A stretch of DNA of 64,000 nucleotides from assembly GCA_934486705.1 (NCBI GenBank), contig CAKSQS010000005.1, forward strand, positions 18,120 through 82,119, written 5' to 3'. This DNA comes from an uncultured Eubacteriales bacterium (lineage in GTDB: Bacteria; Bacillota; Clostridia; Oscillospirales; Acutalibacteraceae). The notes under the pieces were generated by a model. The model made no database searches. It was not told the DNA's origin and saw only the letters and a list, made by a program, of their open reading frames with translations. Position numbers and translations under genes: made by a program. Positions 19,498 to 29,756 of the stretch are shown in pieces (position 1 is the first letter of the stretch; each line of letters starts with the position of its first letter).

Positions 19498-20559
19498 ATG
19501 AGCAGCGTTAAAATAAGCGTTATAGTGCCGGTTTATAATGTGAGCCGTTATCTTGAAAATTGTGTGAACAGCATCACAAGTCAGAATTTCACCGATTTTG
19601 AAGTGATTTTGGTGGACGACTGCTCGCCCGACAACAGTGGAGAGATTTGCGATAGGTTGGCGGAAAACGATAATAGAATTAAGGTTATACACAAGGAAAA
19701 AAACGGCGGACTCGGCGAAGCGCGTAAAACAGGAATGCAATATGCCTGCGGCGAATGGACCGTATTTGTTGATTCGGACGATTGGATTGAACCGAATGCA
19801 TTTTCACGCCTTATGAATACCGTCGGAGAAGAAACGGATGTTGCAATTTTCGGAATAAATTTCCGTTATGAAAATAAGCGCGGTGAAGAAAATTATGTTC
19901 TTTCGGTAAATCCCGAAAGGACCGTTTGTAAATCGGCATGTGAGATAGGCGGGCTGATTGCCGAATTGGACGATAAGGCTTTGTTCCCGTATATGTGGAA
20001 TAAGTTATACAGAACGGAATTTTTGAAAGTGAGCGGAGTAGAATTCAACTCTATACAAAGTATGGAGGACTTTTTCTTCAACATAGAGCTTATTCCGAAA
20101 GCACGTTGTGCGGAAACGTTTGATTTTCCGCTTTACAATTACCGTAAACCGTTTCATGAAACGTTAGCCTCGGCTTATAATCCCGATTATTTTTTGTTGT
20201 CAAAAAAGCGCTATTCAGCGGAAAAGGAGTGTCTTGAGGCAACAGGTGCGGCTACAGCCGAAAATATGCAGTTGCTTTATAAAATATATATAAAGCATAT
20301 TATTTCATGCGGTATACGCGATTTTTCAAAAAAGGCAAAGCTTACGAACAAACAGCGCAAAAATAATTTGAATTTATATCTCAATGATGAATTAACGAAG
20401 GAAGTATCGGAAAAGTATAATCCTGCATCCTTAAAAATGAAGTTGATCAAAAAAGCTTTTGCGGGAAGACATATTGTCATATCCGGTTATCTTTGCAGAA
20501 CGGTTTCTTTCGTACAGAATAAATTCGGAACGGTGTATAACCGTATGCTGAAAAAATAA
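19498..20559 (+). CDS. family 2 glycosyltransferase
   Basis: ISVIVPVYNVSRYLENCVNSITSQ...ILVDDCSPD...VFVDSDD. Confidence 0.85.
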   Translation: MSSVKISVIVPVYNVSRYLENCVNSITSQNFTDFEVILVDDCSPDNSGEICDRLAENDNRIKVIHKEKNGGLGEARKTGMQYACGEWTVFVDSDDWIEPNAFSRLMNTVGEETDVAIFGINFRYENKRGEENYVLSVNPERTVCKSACEIGGLIAELDDKALFPYMWNKLYRTEFLKVSGVEFNSIQSMEDFFFNIELIPKARCAETFDFPLYNYRKPFHETLASAYNPDYFLLSKKRYSAEKECLEATGAATAENMQLLYKIYIKHIISCGIRDFSKKAKLTNKQRKNNLNLYLNDELTKEVSEKYNPASLKMKLIKKAFAGRHIVISGYLCRTVSFVQNKFGTVYNRMLKK

Positions 20560-20578
20560 GTGAGAGGGACGCGGTTTA

Positions 20579-21673
20579 TTGAAAAAAATTGCTTTTATAG
20601 TTTGGGATTATACCTCAACAGGCGGTATAGAGCGTGTTTTGACCACACTTGCAAATGAGCTTTGCAATTATTATGACGTTTATATAATTTCTCTTACAAA
20701 ATCGGGAAACAGTGTGCCGCATAGAATTGACGAACGGGTAAATAAGGTCTATTTTGCCGTCTCGGAAAACATAAGAGGCAGGGAAGTTATAAAAAAAGGC
20801 GGAAATGGCGTTCGCCGCTATATCAAGGATAACGGCATTGACGCTGTTTTACTTATGGGCTTTCAGGCGTCGATGCCCGCAATTGCAATGCTGAAATTCA
20901 GGTCGAGGGTATCGCTGATCTTTTGCGAGCATGAGGCTCTTATGAGCAGGTGGCACGAGAAAAAGGTGACGTTTGTACGCTTTCTTTCCGCTGTGTTATC
21001 AAAAAAAGTGGTTACATTAACTAAGGCTACGGCAGACGCATACAGGCAAAAATTTCACTTGCCGGAAAAAAAGGTAACCGATATTTATAACGGGATAAAC
21101 AGGACTATTGAGCAAAATGCAGCAACCTATAATCCCGACGAAAAGACGATTCTTTCGCTCGGTCGCATAAGCGAAGAAAAAGGTTATGATATTTTAATAG
21201 ATATTGCGTCACGTATCTTACCGCAAAGACCCGATTGGAAATGGTTGATTTTCGGTGACGGTGAAAATAGAGCCGATTACGAAAATACTGTAAAACAGCG
21301 CGGACTGGACAGCAGGGTTATTTTTATGGGAAATACCGATACTCCCGAAAAGGTTTACGGAAAAGGCGGAATTTATGCGCTTACATCCAGACGTGAGGGC
21401 TTTTCGCTTGTTATTCTCGAGGCAAAGGTAAATCATCTGCCATGTATCAGCTTTGATATTGTAGCCGGTCCCGGGGAAATGATAAGAAACGGGAAAGACG
21501 GTTTTTTAATACAAAATATGAATGTCGACGAATATGCCGAAAAGCTGGGAAAATTGATGGACGACAGGGAGTTGCGCATTAAAATGAGCGAAGCCTCGGG
21601 CGAGAATCTTTCCGAATTTTCGAGTGATGTAATTATAAAAAAGTGGCGTTCGTTATTAGACGGAATGATGTAA
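20579..21673 (+). CDS. GT-B fold glycosyltransferase (GT4-like)
   Basis: The C-terminal TSRREGFSLVILEAKVNHLPCISFD contains the E-x7-E motif of retaining GT4 enzymes. Confidence 0.8.
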   Translation: MKKIAFIVWDYTSTGGIERVLTTLANELCNYYDVYIISLTKSGNSVPHRIDERVNKVYFAVSENIRGREVIKKGGNGVRRYIKDNGIDAVLLMGFQASMPAIAMLKFRSRVSLIFCEHEALMSRWHEKKVTFVRFLSAVLSKKVVTLTKATADAYRQKFHLPEKKVTDIYNGINRTIEQNAATYNPDEKTILSLGRISEEKGYDILIDIASRILPQRPDWKWLIFGDGENRADYENTVKQRGLDSRVIFMGNTDTPEKVYGKGGIYALTSRREGFSLVILEAKVNHLPCISFDIVAGPGEMIRNGKDGFLIQNMNVDEYAEKLGKLMDDRELRIKMSEASGENLSEFSSDVIIKKWRSLLDGMM

Positions 21674-21685
21674 GGAGTTGAAAAA

Positions 21686-22960
21686 GTGCAAACGGGATAT
21701 TGGAAAAAGGGTGAGTTTAAGCTTTGGATACTTCTCCTCTGTGCTTATCACTTTTTTCCGTTTATAACAAACAGGGGCAGCATAGTTATGTATGCATTCG
21801 CTTATCTTGTTCCCTTGGTTTATATGGTGCTTAATTTTGACCTTTTGGCGGAAACGGTAAGCAAAATTGTATATTCGGATATAATGCTCGGCATTGTGCC
21901 TTTAATTTTGCTGTCATTTGCGGCTGCTATAATTCCTATTCTTTACGGAACATACGATTATACATACCTTACCGTTGGAATTATGTCAACGGTGAAAATA
22001 ATGTTCAGAATGTTGTTTTTGATAATGCTGATCAAAAAGAACATTCCGAATGCAGATTGGAGGACATTCTGTAAGTATTTTATATTCTCTTGCTTACTGT
22101 ATATAGGTTCAACGCTTGTGATGATGGGTATACCCTCCGTAAAGAATTTTTTCTATGCTATCGTGAAAGAGGACAGTTATTCAAAAGAGTTGGCTTTGGA
22201 AGCCAGGTATTCCACCCGTTACGGTTGGGCGGGGTTTTCGGCATTTGAATATACGTTTAAATGCCTCCTTGCAATTATATTCAATAATTATTTTATTCAG
22301 AAAAATATAAAACAAAAAGGCGTGATTTGGTCTGTTGCGATTACGGCAATACTGCTCGTAGGAACGCTGTTTTACGGGAGAATAGGCACGTTGGCTGCGC
22401 TGATCGTTTTATTCTTCCTGGCTTTAAGACTTATACTTCGGCGACCGAAGATTTTTATGTGGTGCGTTGTGGGTCTGTTACTTTGCGTTATTGCGCTTTT
22501 TATTTTAAAAAACCGCATCGCGGCAGTCGACGCATGGTTTGATTGGGCTTTCGACCTGATAATCAATTTTGTCAATAATAAATCGCTCCGCACGGATTCT
22601 TCGGATATTCTTTTAAATGATATGCTTTTTATTCCGAAACTGAAAACAATACTTATCGGAGACGGGCGATACACCGAAAACGATTTGTATTATATGGGAA
22701 CAGACGCAGGAATTATGCGACCGCTTTTATTCGGCGGATTGATATTTGCATTTGTGAGGTATCTCAGCCTCTACGGCATTTTGTTATGGCGAATGTTTAA
22801 ATATGAAACAGAGAAATACGAAAAAATAGTTCTTTTTTGGACTTTGGTTATGTGTATTTTATTTGAAATAAAGGGCGAAATAGTATTTTCTTGTCTTCCG
22901 ATTGTGCTGGGCGCAATGATTTTGGGGCATGAGAAAAAGATTTTTGAAATTAGGGAGTAA
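21686..22960 (+). CDS. O-antigen/oligosaccharide-repeat polymerase-like membrane protein (Wzy-like)
   Basis: 424 aa and roughly 10-12 TM helices, located inside the glycan locus. No soluble domain. Confidence 0.5.
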   Translation: MQTGYWKKGEFKLWILLLCAYHFFPFITNRGSIVMYAFAYLVPLVYMVLNFDLLAETVSKIVYSDIMLGIVPLILLSFAAAIIPILYGTYDYTYLTVGIMSTVKIMFRMLFLIMLIKKNIPNADWRTFCKYFIFSCLLYIGSTLVMMGIPSVKNFFYAIVKEDSYSKELALEARYSTRYGWAGFSAFEYTFKCLLAIIFNNYFIQKNIKQKGVIWSVAITAILLVGTLFYGRIGTLAALIVLFFLALRLILRRPKIFMWCVVGLLLCVIALFILKNRIAAVDAWFDWAFDLIINFVNNKSLRTDSSDILLNDMLFIPKLKTILIGDGRYTENDLYYMGTDAGIMRPLLFGGLIFAFVRYLSLYGILLWRMFKYETEKYEKIVLFWTLVMCILFEIKGEIVFSCLPIVLGAMILGHEKKIFEIRE

Positions 22961-22965
22961 TAATT

Positions 22966-24054
22966 ATGGAAAAAAATTTGAATTTGCGCAAACTCTTTTT
23001 AATGTATCTCAGAAATATATGGATAATTATTCTTACGGGCATTATTTTTGCCGGAATTGCATTCATAACGAAAAAGGAAGACAAGAACGCCACAAAAAAG
23101 GTATCCGAAACGGTTACAATGGCGTTTGAGATCCCCAACGGTATGGATGAAGGCACATATTCAAGGCGCACGGTTTATTTCGATAATTTCAGAGGTCTTA
23201 TAGCAGGTAATGCAATAACCGATTCCGATGTTTTTACAAAGAAAGAAAAGGAAATTTTCAAAGATGTAACTACCGAGGAAGATAACGGTACGTTTACCGT
23301 TACCGTATCCGTTCCCGCCGCTATGTCCGATCAGGCATCGCTTGAGCTTATGGCAAAGTATATTTCCGAATCCGAAAAGTGGATGAGGGAAGGCATAGAC
23401 GATCCGACATTCAGGCTCAATGTTTTAAAAAGGGATGTTGAGGATTACCAAACCGGCGGTTTCGTAAAATATGCGGCAATCTTCTTTATAATCGGTTGCT
23501 TTATTGCCGTAATAGTTATGTTCTTTGTGTTTGTTATTGAAACCGTAATACACGACGCGGATGATTTGCAATATTACATCGGGGTTTCTCCTGTTTTTGA
23601 GGTCGGAAAGAAAAATTCTTTTGCAATTGACGAAATAAGCAGATGGCTTATTTCATCGGGTAAAAAAACGGTAATGTTTTTCGGCAACGAATCTGCCGAA
23701 GAAATGAGCGGCAATGTAGAGAAAACGGCAAGCTTGTTGGAAAAATACGGTATAAAAACCGCGGTTTATAAAATTAACAGTGCGGATGATATAATATCGG
23801 GAAAAACAGCGGATAAATTGACCGAGGATAAAAACAATAAAGATATGGTGCTGTTGGAAGTTCCGCCTTTAAGCAAATCGCCTGCCGCATTGCATCTGTC
23901 GCCGCTTTGCGATTTAAAGGTTTTATATGCAGACGCCGACCGTGAAAACGGCGTAAGACTTAAAAAGAAATTGAAGAGTCTGTCGGCATTTAATATTATT
24001 GTTGACGGTGCGGTGCTTAACAGCGGTACTAAAAATAAAATTTTCCGACTGTGA
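22966..24054 (+). CDS. polysaccharide co-polymerase-like protein with a degenerate C-terminal P-loop-like domain
   Basis: Two TM segments (IIILTGIIFAGIAFI; AAIFFIIGCFIAVIVMFFVFVI) bracket an extracytoplasmic segment, as in Wzz/CpsC. The C-terminal ~150 aa sit where a BY-kinase would be, but VMFFGNESAEEMSG replaces Walker A. Confidence 0.35.
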   Translation: MEKNLNLRKLFLMYLRNIWIIILTGIIFAGIAFITKKEDKNATKKVSETVTMAFEIPNGMDEGTYSRRTVYFDNFRGLIAGNAITDSDVFTKKEKEIFKDVTTEEDNGTFTVTVSVPAAMSDQASLELMAKYISESEKWMREGIDDPTFRLNVLKRDVEDYQTGGFVKYAAIFFIIGCFIAVIVMFFVFVIETVIHDADDLQYYIGVSPVFEVGKKNSFAIDEISRWLISSGKKTVMFFGNESAEEMSGNVEKTASLLEKYGIKTAVYKINSADDIISGKTADKLTEDKNNKDMVLLEVPPLSKSPAALHLSPLCDLKVLYADADRENGVRLKKKLKSLSAFNIIVDGAVLNSGTKNKIFRL

Positions 24055-25064
24055 GGAAAGAAATGCTTGTAAGTGTTATAATTCCCGTTTATAATGTGGA
24101 AAAATATATTGAAAAATGCATGAGATCCATACTCGGGCAAACGTTTGATGACTTTGAATTAATAGTCGTTATAGACGGTTCTACCGATGAAAGCGAAAAT
24201 ATAGTTCGGGAATTAAAAAAGGAATATCCGGAGAAAATAAAAATCATAACACAGGAAAAAAAAGGACCGGGAGCGGCAAGAAATGCCGGAATTGCGGCAG
24301 CCGACGGGGATTACCTTTTGTTTGTTGACAGCGATGATTACATTTCTCCGAACCTTATGGCTTCGGCATACGGGAAAGCAGTGGAGACCCAAAGCGATAT
24401 AGTTGCATTTGATGTAATTTATGTTGACGAAAACGGAAAACATTTACGGCGCAAAAGTGCGGTTTATTCGGATAATGAGTCAATTCTGAAAGAACCCGGC
24501 AGATTGCTTATATTACCCTGCCTATGGAACAAGCTTTATAAAAAATCATTGTTTGATAAAAATAATGTGTCAATACCCGAAAATATCTTAATGGGGGAGG
24601 ATTTGGCGGTCAATGCCGAATTGCTTTCTTCCGCTCAAAAAATTACACATCTTGCCGAACCGCTGTATTTTTATGTTCAGCGTTCAGGTTCTATAATGTC
24701 ACTTTCAACCGATGTCGGCAGATTAAAGCGCAATAGGGATATTATTCCGGCTTTTGAAACGATATTTGCTTTCTTCAATAAAACGGGCAGATATGTCGAA
24801 TATAAGGATGAAATTGAATATTTGGCGGTGTATCATATTCTTTTTACTGCAACAATGCGTGTTAACGAGTGCGACCCGAATAATAAATTACAGTCCGAAT
24901 TGGTTGATTACACACTTCAAAAATACCCGTATTTTGAAAAAAATAAGTATTATAAAAGCTTGCTTTCGGGTAAAGACAGAATATCAATATGGTTTTTAAG
25001 GCATAAGCTTTTCCACACACTTCACACTATTTTAAGATTTAACCGCAAGCTTCAAGGCAGGTGA
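24051..25064 (+). CDS. family 2 glycosyltransferase
   Basis: VSVIIPVYNVEKYIEKCMRSILGQT...VVIDGSTDES...LFVDSDD. Confidence 0.85.
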   Translation: MRKEMLVSVIIPVYNVEKYIEKCMRSILGQTFDDFELIVVIDGSTDESENIVRELKKEYPEKIKIITQEKKGPGAARNAGIAAADGDYLLFVDSDDYISPNLMASAYGKAVETQSDIVAFDVIYVDENGKHLRRKSAVYSDNESILKEPGRLLILPCLWNKLYKKSLFDKNNVSIPENILMGEDLAVNAELLSSAQKITHLAEPLYFYVQRSGSIMSLSTDVGRLKRNRDIIPAFETIFAFFNKTGRYVEYKDEIEYLAVYHILFTATMRVNECDPNNKLQSELVDYTLQKYPYFEKNKYYKSLLSGKDRISIWFLRHKLFHTLHTILRFNRKLQGR

Positions 25065-25071
25065 CCGATTT

Positions 25072-26586
25072 ATGAATTTCAAGAAAGGCGTATACAATAT
25101 TGTTTTCGGAATAATCGGTCAAGTGCTTACGGTTCTGTTTGCAATAATAGTCCCGAAAGTAATTATAATCGGTTATGGCTCGTCGGTTAACGGACTGCTT
25201 TCAACCATAAATCAGTTATTCGTATACCTTTCGCTGTTTGAGGCGGGAGTCGGAACCGCAACGCTTCAGGCGCTTTATAAACCGCTGACCGAAAATAACC
25301 GAGGAAAGATCAACTCGGTTCTTGCGGCGACGCATAAATATTATATCCGTACAAGTAAGCTGTATTTTGCGGCGCTCGTTTTGTTTTCCGCGCTTTATCC
25401 GTGCATAATAAAACGCGGGAGCATAAGCTACCTTATGGCGGCGCTGCTGATATTTTTCGGCGGACTCGGCAATGTGGTTAATTTTATGTTTCAGGGGAAA
25501 TATAAAATTTTGCTGCAGGCCGAAGGAAAGTCTTATGTGGTAACAAACATAACCACAATAATATCGGTTTTAATAAACTTAAGCAAAATTATTCTGATCA
25601 AAAGCGGATTTGACGTTCTGATGGTTCAGATAGTCTTTTTCGTTTTCAATGTTTTGCAGATGGTACTTTTTGAAGTATATATCCGATTAAAATATAAATG
25701 GATAGACCTGACCGTTTCCCCCGATGAAGAAGCGATAAGTCAAAAAAATTCGGTATTGGTGCATCAGGTATCTACCCTTATTTTTTCCAATACCGATATG
25801 ATAATCCTTTCGATTATAAACGGTCTCAAAGCAGTCAGCCTTTATACGGTTTATAATTATATATATACTACCGTACTGAATCTTTTTTCCACCATAAACA
25901 ACGGTCTTGTTTTTTACCTCGGACAGACATATCATTCCGACAGAAAAAGATTCATTCAAATATATCGACTTTATGAATTTGATATAATGACGGTCGGATA
26001 TTATATGTTTACGGTAATAGGAATTTTAACCCTGCCGTTTATGAAACTTTATACCTCGGGTATGACAGACTATAATTATATCAATGTGTGGCTGCCGCCG
26101 CTTTTTGTATCGGTACAGTTTTTAAGCATTGCAAGATTTGCGGCAAATAATCTTGTAAATATTGCGGGTCATTTTAAAAAAACGCAGAACCGCGCCATAT
26201 TGGAAACGGCGATAAATATTGTGTTGTCGATTGCCTTTGCTTTTAAATTCGGAATATACGGTATACTGTTCGGAACAATAGCGGCATTGCTTTACAGGAC
26301 AAACGATTTTTTGATCTATTCCAACAGGGTGATTCTCAATGAGTCTTCTTGGCCGTCGTACCGTGTATGGATTACAAACACTGCGGTGGCAGCGGCTTGT
26401 TTTGCGTACTTTTATAATCATATAGATCTATGCCGATCTTATTATCAGCTTGTTGTTACGGGAATTATATATTCGTTAATAATTTTACTCATATTTATTG
26501 CAGGCAACCTTATTCTTAACTTCAATATGATGAAAGCAAATCTGTTGCTTATAAAAAACCGTGTTGTAAAGCTGAAAAACCGTTAA
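25072..26586 (+). CDS. MOP-superfamily polysaccharide flippase (Wzx-like)
   Basis: 504 aa with about 12-14 TM helices, the last gene of the glycan locus. Confidence 0.65.
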   Translation: MNFKKGVYNIVFGIIGQVLTVLFAIIVPKVIIIGYGSSVNGLLSTINQLFVYLSLFEAGVGTATLQALYKPLTENNRGKINSVLAATHKYYIRTSKLYFAALVLFSALYPCIIKRGSISYLMAALLIFFGGLGNVVNFMFQGKYKILLQAEGKSYVVTNITTIISVLINLSKIILIKSGFDVLMVQIVFFVFNVLQMVLFEVYIRLKYKWIDLTVSPDEEAISQKNSVLVHQVSTLIFSNTDMIILSIINGLKAVSLYTVYNYIYTTVLNLFSTINNGLVFYLGQTYHSDRKRFIQIYRLYEFDIMTVGYYMFTVIGILTLPFMKLYTSGMTDYNYINVWLPPLFVSVQFLSIARFAANNLVNIAGHFKKTQNRAILETAINIVLSIAFAFKFGIYGILFGTIAALLYRTNDFLIYSNRVILNESSWPSYRVWITNTAVAAACFAYFYNHIDLCRSYYQLVVTGIIYSLIILLIFIAGNLILNFNMMKANLLLIKNRVVKLKNR

Positions 26587-26602
26587 AAGGAGATGAATTA
26601 TT

Positions 26603-28117
26603 ATGGCGGATTATCTTAAAAAGCGCCCCATGCTTTTATGCGCGATTGTTTCAGCTGCGCTGTGCATAGCGGGCTTTTACTCGCAATCCGCCGTATTTTT
26701 CTGCGGCATAGTCCTAATAATTCTGTTCTTTTCAGCCCTTTATTTCCGTCGTCCCGCCGAAATAATTGTTACTCTCATACTGGCTGTTACGGCAGTCAGT
26801 ATTCTTTTGACATCTATTAACGCGGCGGAGCTGTCGAAGCTTAACGGCGACACCGTAAAGGGTGAATTTACGGTTGTGAGTGAGCCTGAAAATCACGGAA
26901 CGTACACAAGCGAGGTTTTAGAGGTATGCAAATGCGGACAGCTTAAAAAAGGTACGCGCATACTTTGCAGCTGCTACGGCGAGAGCGCGCCCGAATACGG
27001 TAACCGCATAGAGGCAAACGCGTCTCTTTCAACCTTTAAAAACGGTACGCAGAAAAGAGCATATTACTCCGAGGGAATATTCTTGCGCGGCAGCCTTAAA
27101 AACGTTAAGGTAGAATACGGAAACGACGACCCCGTGCTGCATATAATAGGAAACATACGCAAGTATATTAAAAATACGCTGTTTTCAAATATGGGGTACG
27201 ACGAGGCTGCTACCGTTGCGGCAATTACAATAGGCGATCGCTCCTACTTTTCCGATGAATTTTACGCAAATATAAAAAATGCGGGCGTCAGCCACGTTAT
27301 GGTGGTTTCGGGTATGCACCTGTCGGTTATTGTGGGTCTTACCGCATTCTTTATTAAAAAACATTTTTACAATAAATATTTAAGGGCGCTTGTTATGTTT
27401 GCAACCGTGCTTTTTATGGCGGCGGTATGCGGCTTTACAAAATCAATTCTTCGCGCGGGCTTTTGCTCGCTCTTTGTTGCCGCAAGCATTCTGTCCGAGC
27501 GGGATAACACCGCCGAAAACTCCTTAGGCGGTGCGGCGGCGCTGTTGTTTGTAATTTCGCCGTTTACTGTTTTCAGCGTTTCCTTTCAGCTTTCATTCCT
27601 TTCCACCCTCGGCATTGTTTCGGTGGCTATGCCGTGCCTTGACTTTATCAAGGAAAGAAAGCTTTTAAAAACGGGAGCGGCATATGCTTTTGCTTCAGCA
27701 ATATTTGTAACCCTTTCCGCCACGCTTTTCACACTGCCGGTCTCTATTTACACCTTCGGCTATATTTCAAACGTTTCGGTATTTACCAATTTACTTATAG
27801 ACGCGGTATCGGGCATAGCCCTGCAAATTTCTGCAGTGGGTCTGCTTTTAAGCCTTTGTTTCCCGCATATATCAAGGCTTTTGTTTATTGCCGCCGAGTT
27901 CGCTGCCGACTACATTAACCGTGTTATAAATCTATTCGGTTCTCTTCCGTTTGCCACTTCCGATATGGGAACAGGGGAGTTTTACGCGTCGGTCTTTCTT
28001 GTGGCTGCGGTAATAGCCGCACTGCTCGCCTTTAAAAAGCATCTTTACAGGCTAAGGCTTAATGAAATTTACCGAAAGATTGCAAGCGAAGGGGGCAGAA
28101 AATTAAAATGGCTGTGA
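26603..28117 (+). CDS. comEC: ComEC/Rec2-family membrane protein (no metallo-beta-lactamase domain)
   Basis: N-terminal OB/DUF4131-like segment and a competence domain with GVSHVMVVSGMHLSVI. The ORF ends after the membrane domain at 504 aa. Confidence 0.75.
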   Translation: MADYLKKRPMLLCAIVSAALCIAGFYSQSAVFFCGIVLIILFFSALYFRRPAEIIVTLILAVTAVSILLTSINAAELSKLNGDTVKGEFTVVSEPENHGTYTSEVLEVCKCGQLKKGTRILCSCYGESAPEYGNRIEANASLSTFKNGTQKRAYYSEGIFLRGSLKNVKVEYGNDDPVLHIIGNIRKYIKNTLFSNMGYDEAATVAAITIGDRSYFSDEFYANIKNAGVSHVMVVSGMHLSVIVGLTAFFIKKHFYNKYLRALVMFATVLFMAAVCGFTKSILRAGFCSLFVAASILSERDNTAENSLGGAAALLFVISPFTVFSVSFQLSFLSTLGIVSVAMPCLDFIKERKLLKTGAAYAFASAIFVTLSATLFTLPVSIYTFGYISNVSVFTNLLIDAVSGIALQISAVGLLLSLCFPHISRLLFIAAEFAADYINRVINLFGSLPFATSDMGTGEFYASVFLVAAVIAALLAFKKHLYRLRLNEIYRKIASEGGRKLKWL

Positions 28118-29166
28118 TATATGAGGATGCGCTTAAAGGTCAGATTAAAAGCGGTGTTTTATCGCTGGTTTACATAATACTTGGCGAAGACGACTTTTTA
28201 AAGCGTATGTATGTTGATAAAATAACAGCGCTTGTAGCGGATAAGGACGATATTTTTAATTACAGCCGTTTCGGTGCGGACTGTAATTTGCAGGATGTAT
28301 ACGACTTTTTGGAGCAGCTGCCCGTAATGTCGGATAAAAAGTGCGCGGTGCTTTGCGATTACGATATTGAGCACTGCGGTGTAAATGACTTTGAAAAGCT
28401 TTTAAGCCTTGTTACAAACCCGACCGACGACGCGGTTTTTGTTATATGGTTCGATTCGCTGTTTCCCGACCCGAAAAAAAGCGCGCGGCTTAAAAAGCTT
28501 ATTTCCAAAGCCGAAAAGGGCGGCGGGTGCGCGGTGCTGCTTAATCACCGCAGAGTGCCCGAGCTTGTTAAAATGCTGACCGACGGCGCGCAAAAGCGGG
28601 GCTGTACCTTTGAGCCTGCCGCAGCAAAATATCTTGTGGAAACGGCGGGAGAAGACATTTCTACATTGCAAAATGAGCTTAATAAGCTCTGCTTTTATCT
28701 GCCCGGCGGCACTATTACTCGGCAGGATGTGGATTTAGTTTCGGTAAAAACGGTGGAGGCGTCGGTTTACAATCTTTCAAAACACATATTTTCGCGAAAT
28801 GCGGGCGAGGCGCTGAAAACTCTTGACGAGCTTTTCTTTATGCGGCTTGAGCCTATGATTATATTATACACTGTGTCATCGGCTTATGTTGATTTATACC
28901 GCGTTTTCGTTTGCCGCAAAAAGGGAATGAAAAACCCCGAAATCGCGGCGGAGTTCGGCTATAAGGGGCGCGAATTTGTAATTGACCGCGCCGCGCAGAA
29001 CCTTTCAAAATTCGATTTTAAAAGGCTTTCCTTAAGCTTTGAGGCGCTGCTCTCGGCAGATAAACAGCTGAAATCCTTCGGGGCTGACCCGCGCACCGTG
29101 CTTGAACAGTTGACTGTGCGGCTTATATACATTATTGCAAAGGGTGAAAGCGTTGATAAAGCTTGA
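28108..29166 (+). CDS. holA: DNA polymerase III subunit delta
   Basis: LVYIILGEDDFLK N-terminus, 352 aa, and the classic position downstream of comEC. Confidence 0.8.
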   Translation: MAVIYEDALKGQIKSGVLSLVYIILGEDDFLKRMYVDKITALVADKDDIFNYSRFGADCNLQDVYDFLEQLPVMSDKKCAVLCDYDIEHCGVNDFEKLLSLVTNPTDDAVFVIWFDSLFPDPKKSARLKKLISKAEKGGGCAVLLNHRRVPELVKMLTDGAQKRGCTFEPAAAKYLVETAGEDISTLQNELNKLCFYLPGGTITRQDVDLVSVKTVEASVYNLSKHIFSRNAGEALKTLDELFFMRLEPMIILYTVSSAYVDLYRVFVCRKKGMKNPEIAAEFGYKGREFVIDRAAQNLSKFDFKRLSLSFEALLSADKQLKSFGADPRTVLEQLTVRLIYIIAKGESVDKA

Positions 29167-29752
29167 CCGACCCGTAATTGTTGAGGGAAAGTACGATAAA
29201 ATAACCCTTGAAAATGTTATTGACGCGCTTATAATTCCGACAGACGGCTTTGGGATTTTTAAAAACCCCGAAAAAACGGCGCTTATACGGGCGGCGTCGC
29301 GGGGAAAAGGCGTTATTGTTATGACCGACTCCGACAGCGCGGGGGCGGTTATTCGTGCCTACCTAAAAAAAATTCTCGGCGACGCCGAGATTATAAACGT
29401 CTATGTTCCCGAGCTTAAGGGCAAGGAACGGCGAAAGACGAAATATTCAAAAGAGGGGCTTTTGGGCGTTGAGGGAATGTCGCCCGAAATTATAGCCGCG
29501 GCACTTGAAAAAAACGGCGCTTTAGTTGAGTGCGCACCCGAAAAACGGCGGATAACCAAGAACGATATGTTTGCGGCGGGGCTTTCGGGCAGAGCGGACA
29601 GCACCGCCGCCAGACGTGAATTTTTAAGCTTTTTAGAGTTGCCGCAGAGCCTTTCATCCTCTGCAATGCTTGATGTTTTAAACAATATGATGACATATGA
29701 AGAGTTTTTGAAAAAGGCAAGGCTGTGGCAGGAAAGCAGGCGCAAGGGTTGA
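29135..29752 (+). CDS. Toprim-domain protein (RNase M5-like / DUF4093-type)
   Basis: PVIVEGKYDKITL and VIVMTDSDSAGAVIR are the Toprim E and DxD motifs. The ORF overlaps the holA end, so the true start may be slightly downstream. Confidence 0.6.
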   Translation: MQRVKALIKLDRPVIVEGKYDKITLENVIDALIIPTDGFGIFKNPEKTALIRAASRGKGVIVMTDSDSAGAVIRAYLKKILGDAEIINVYVPELKGKERRKTKYSKEGLLGVEGMSPEIIAAALEKNGALVECAPEKRRITKNDMFAAGLSGRADSTAARREFLSFLELPQSLSSSAMLDVLNNMMTYEEFLKKARLWQESRRKG

Positions 29753-29756
29753 TAAT

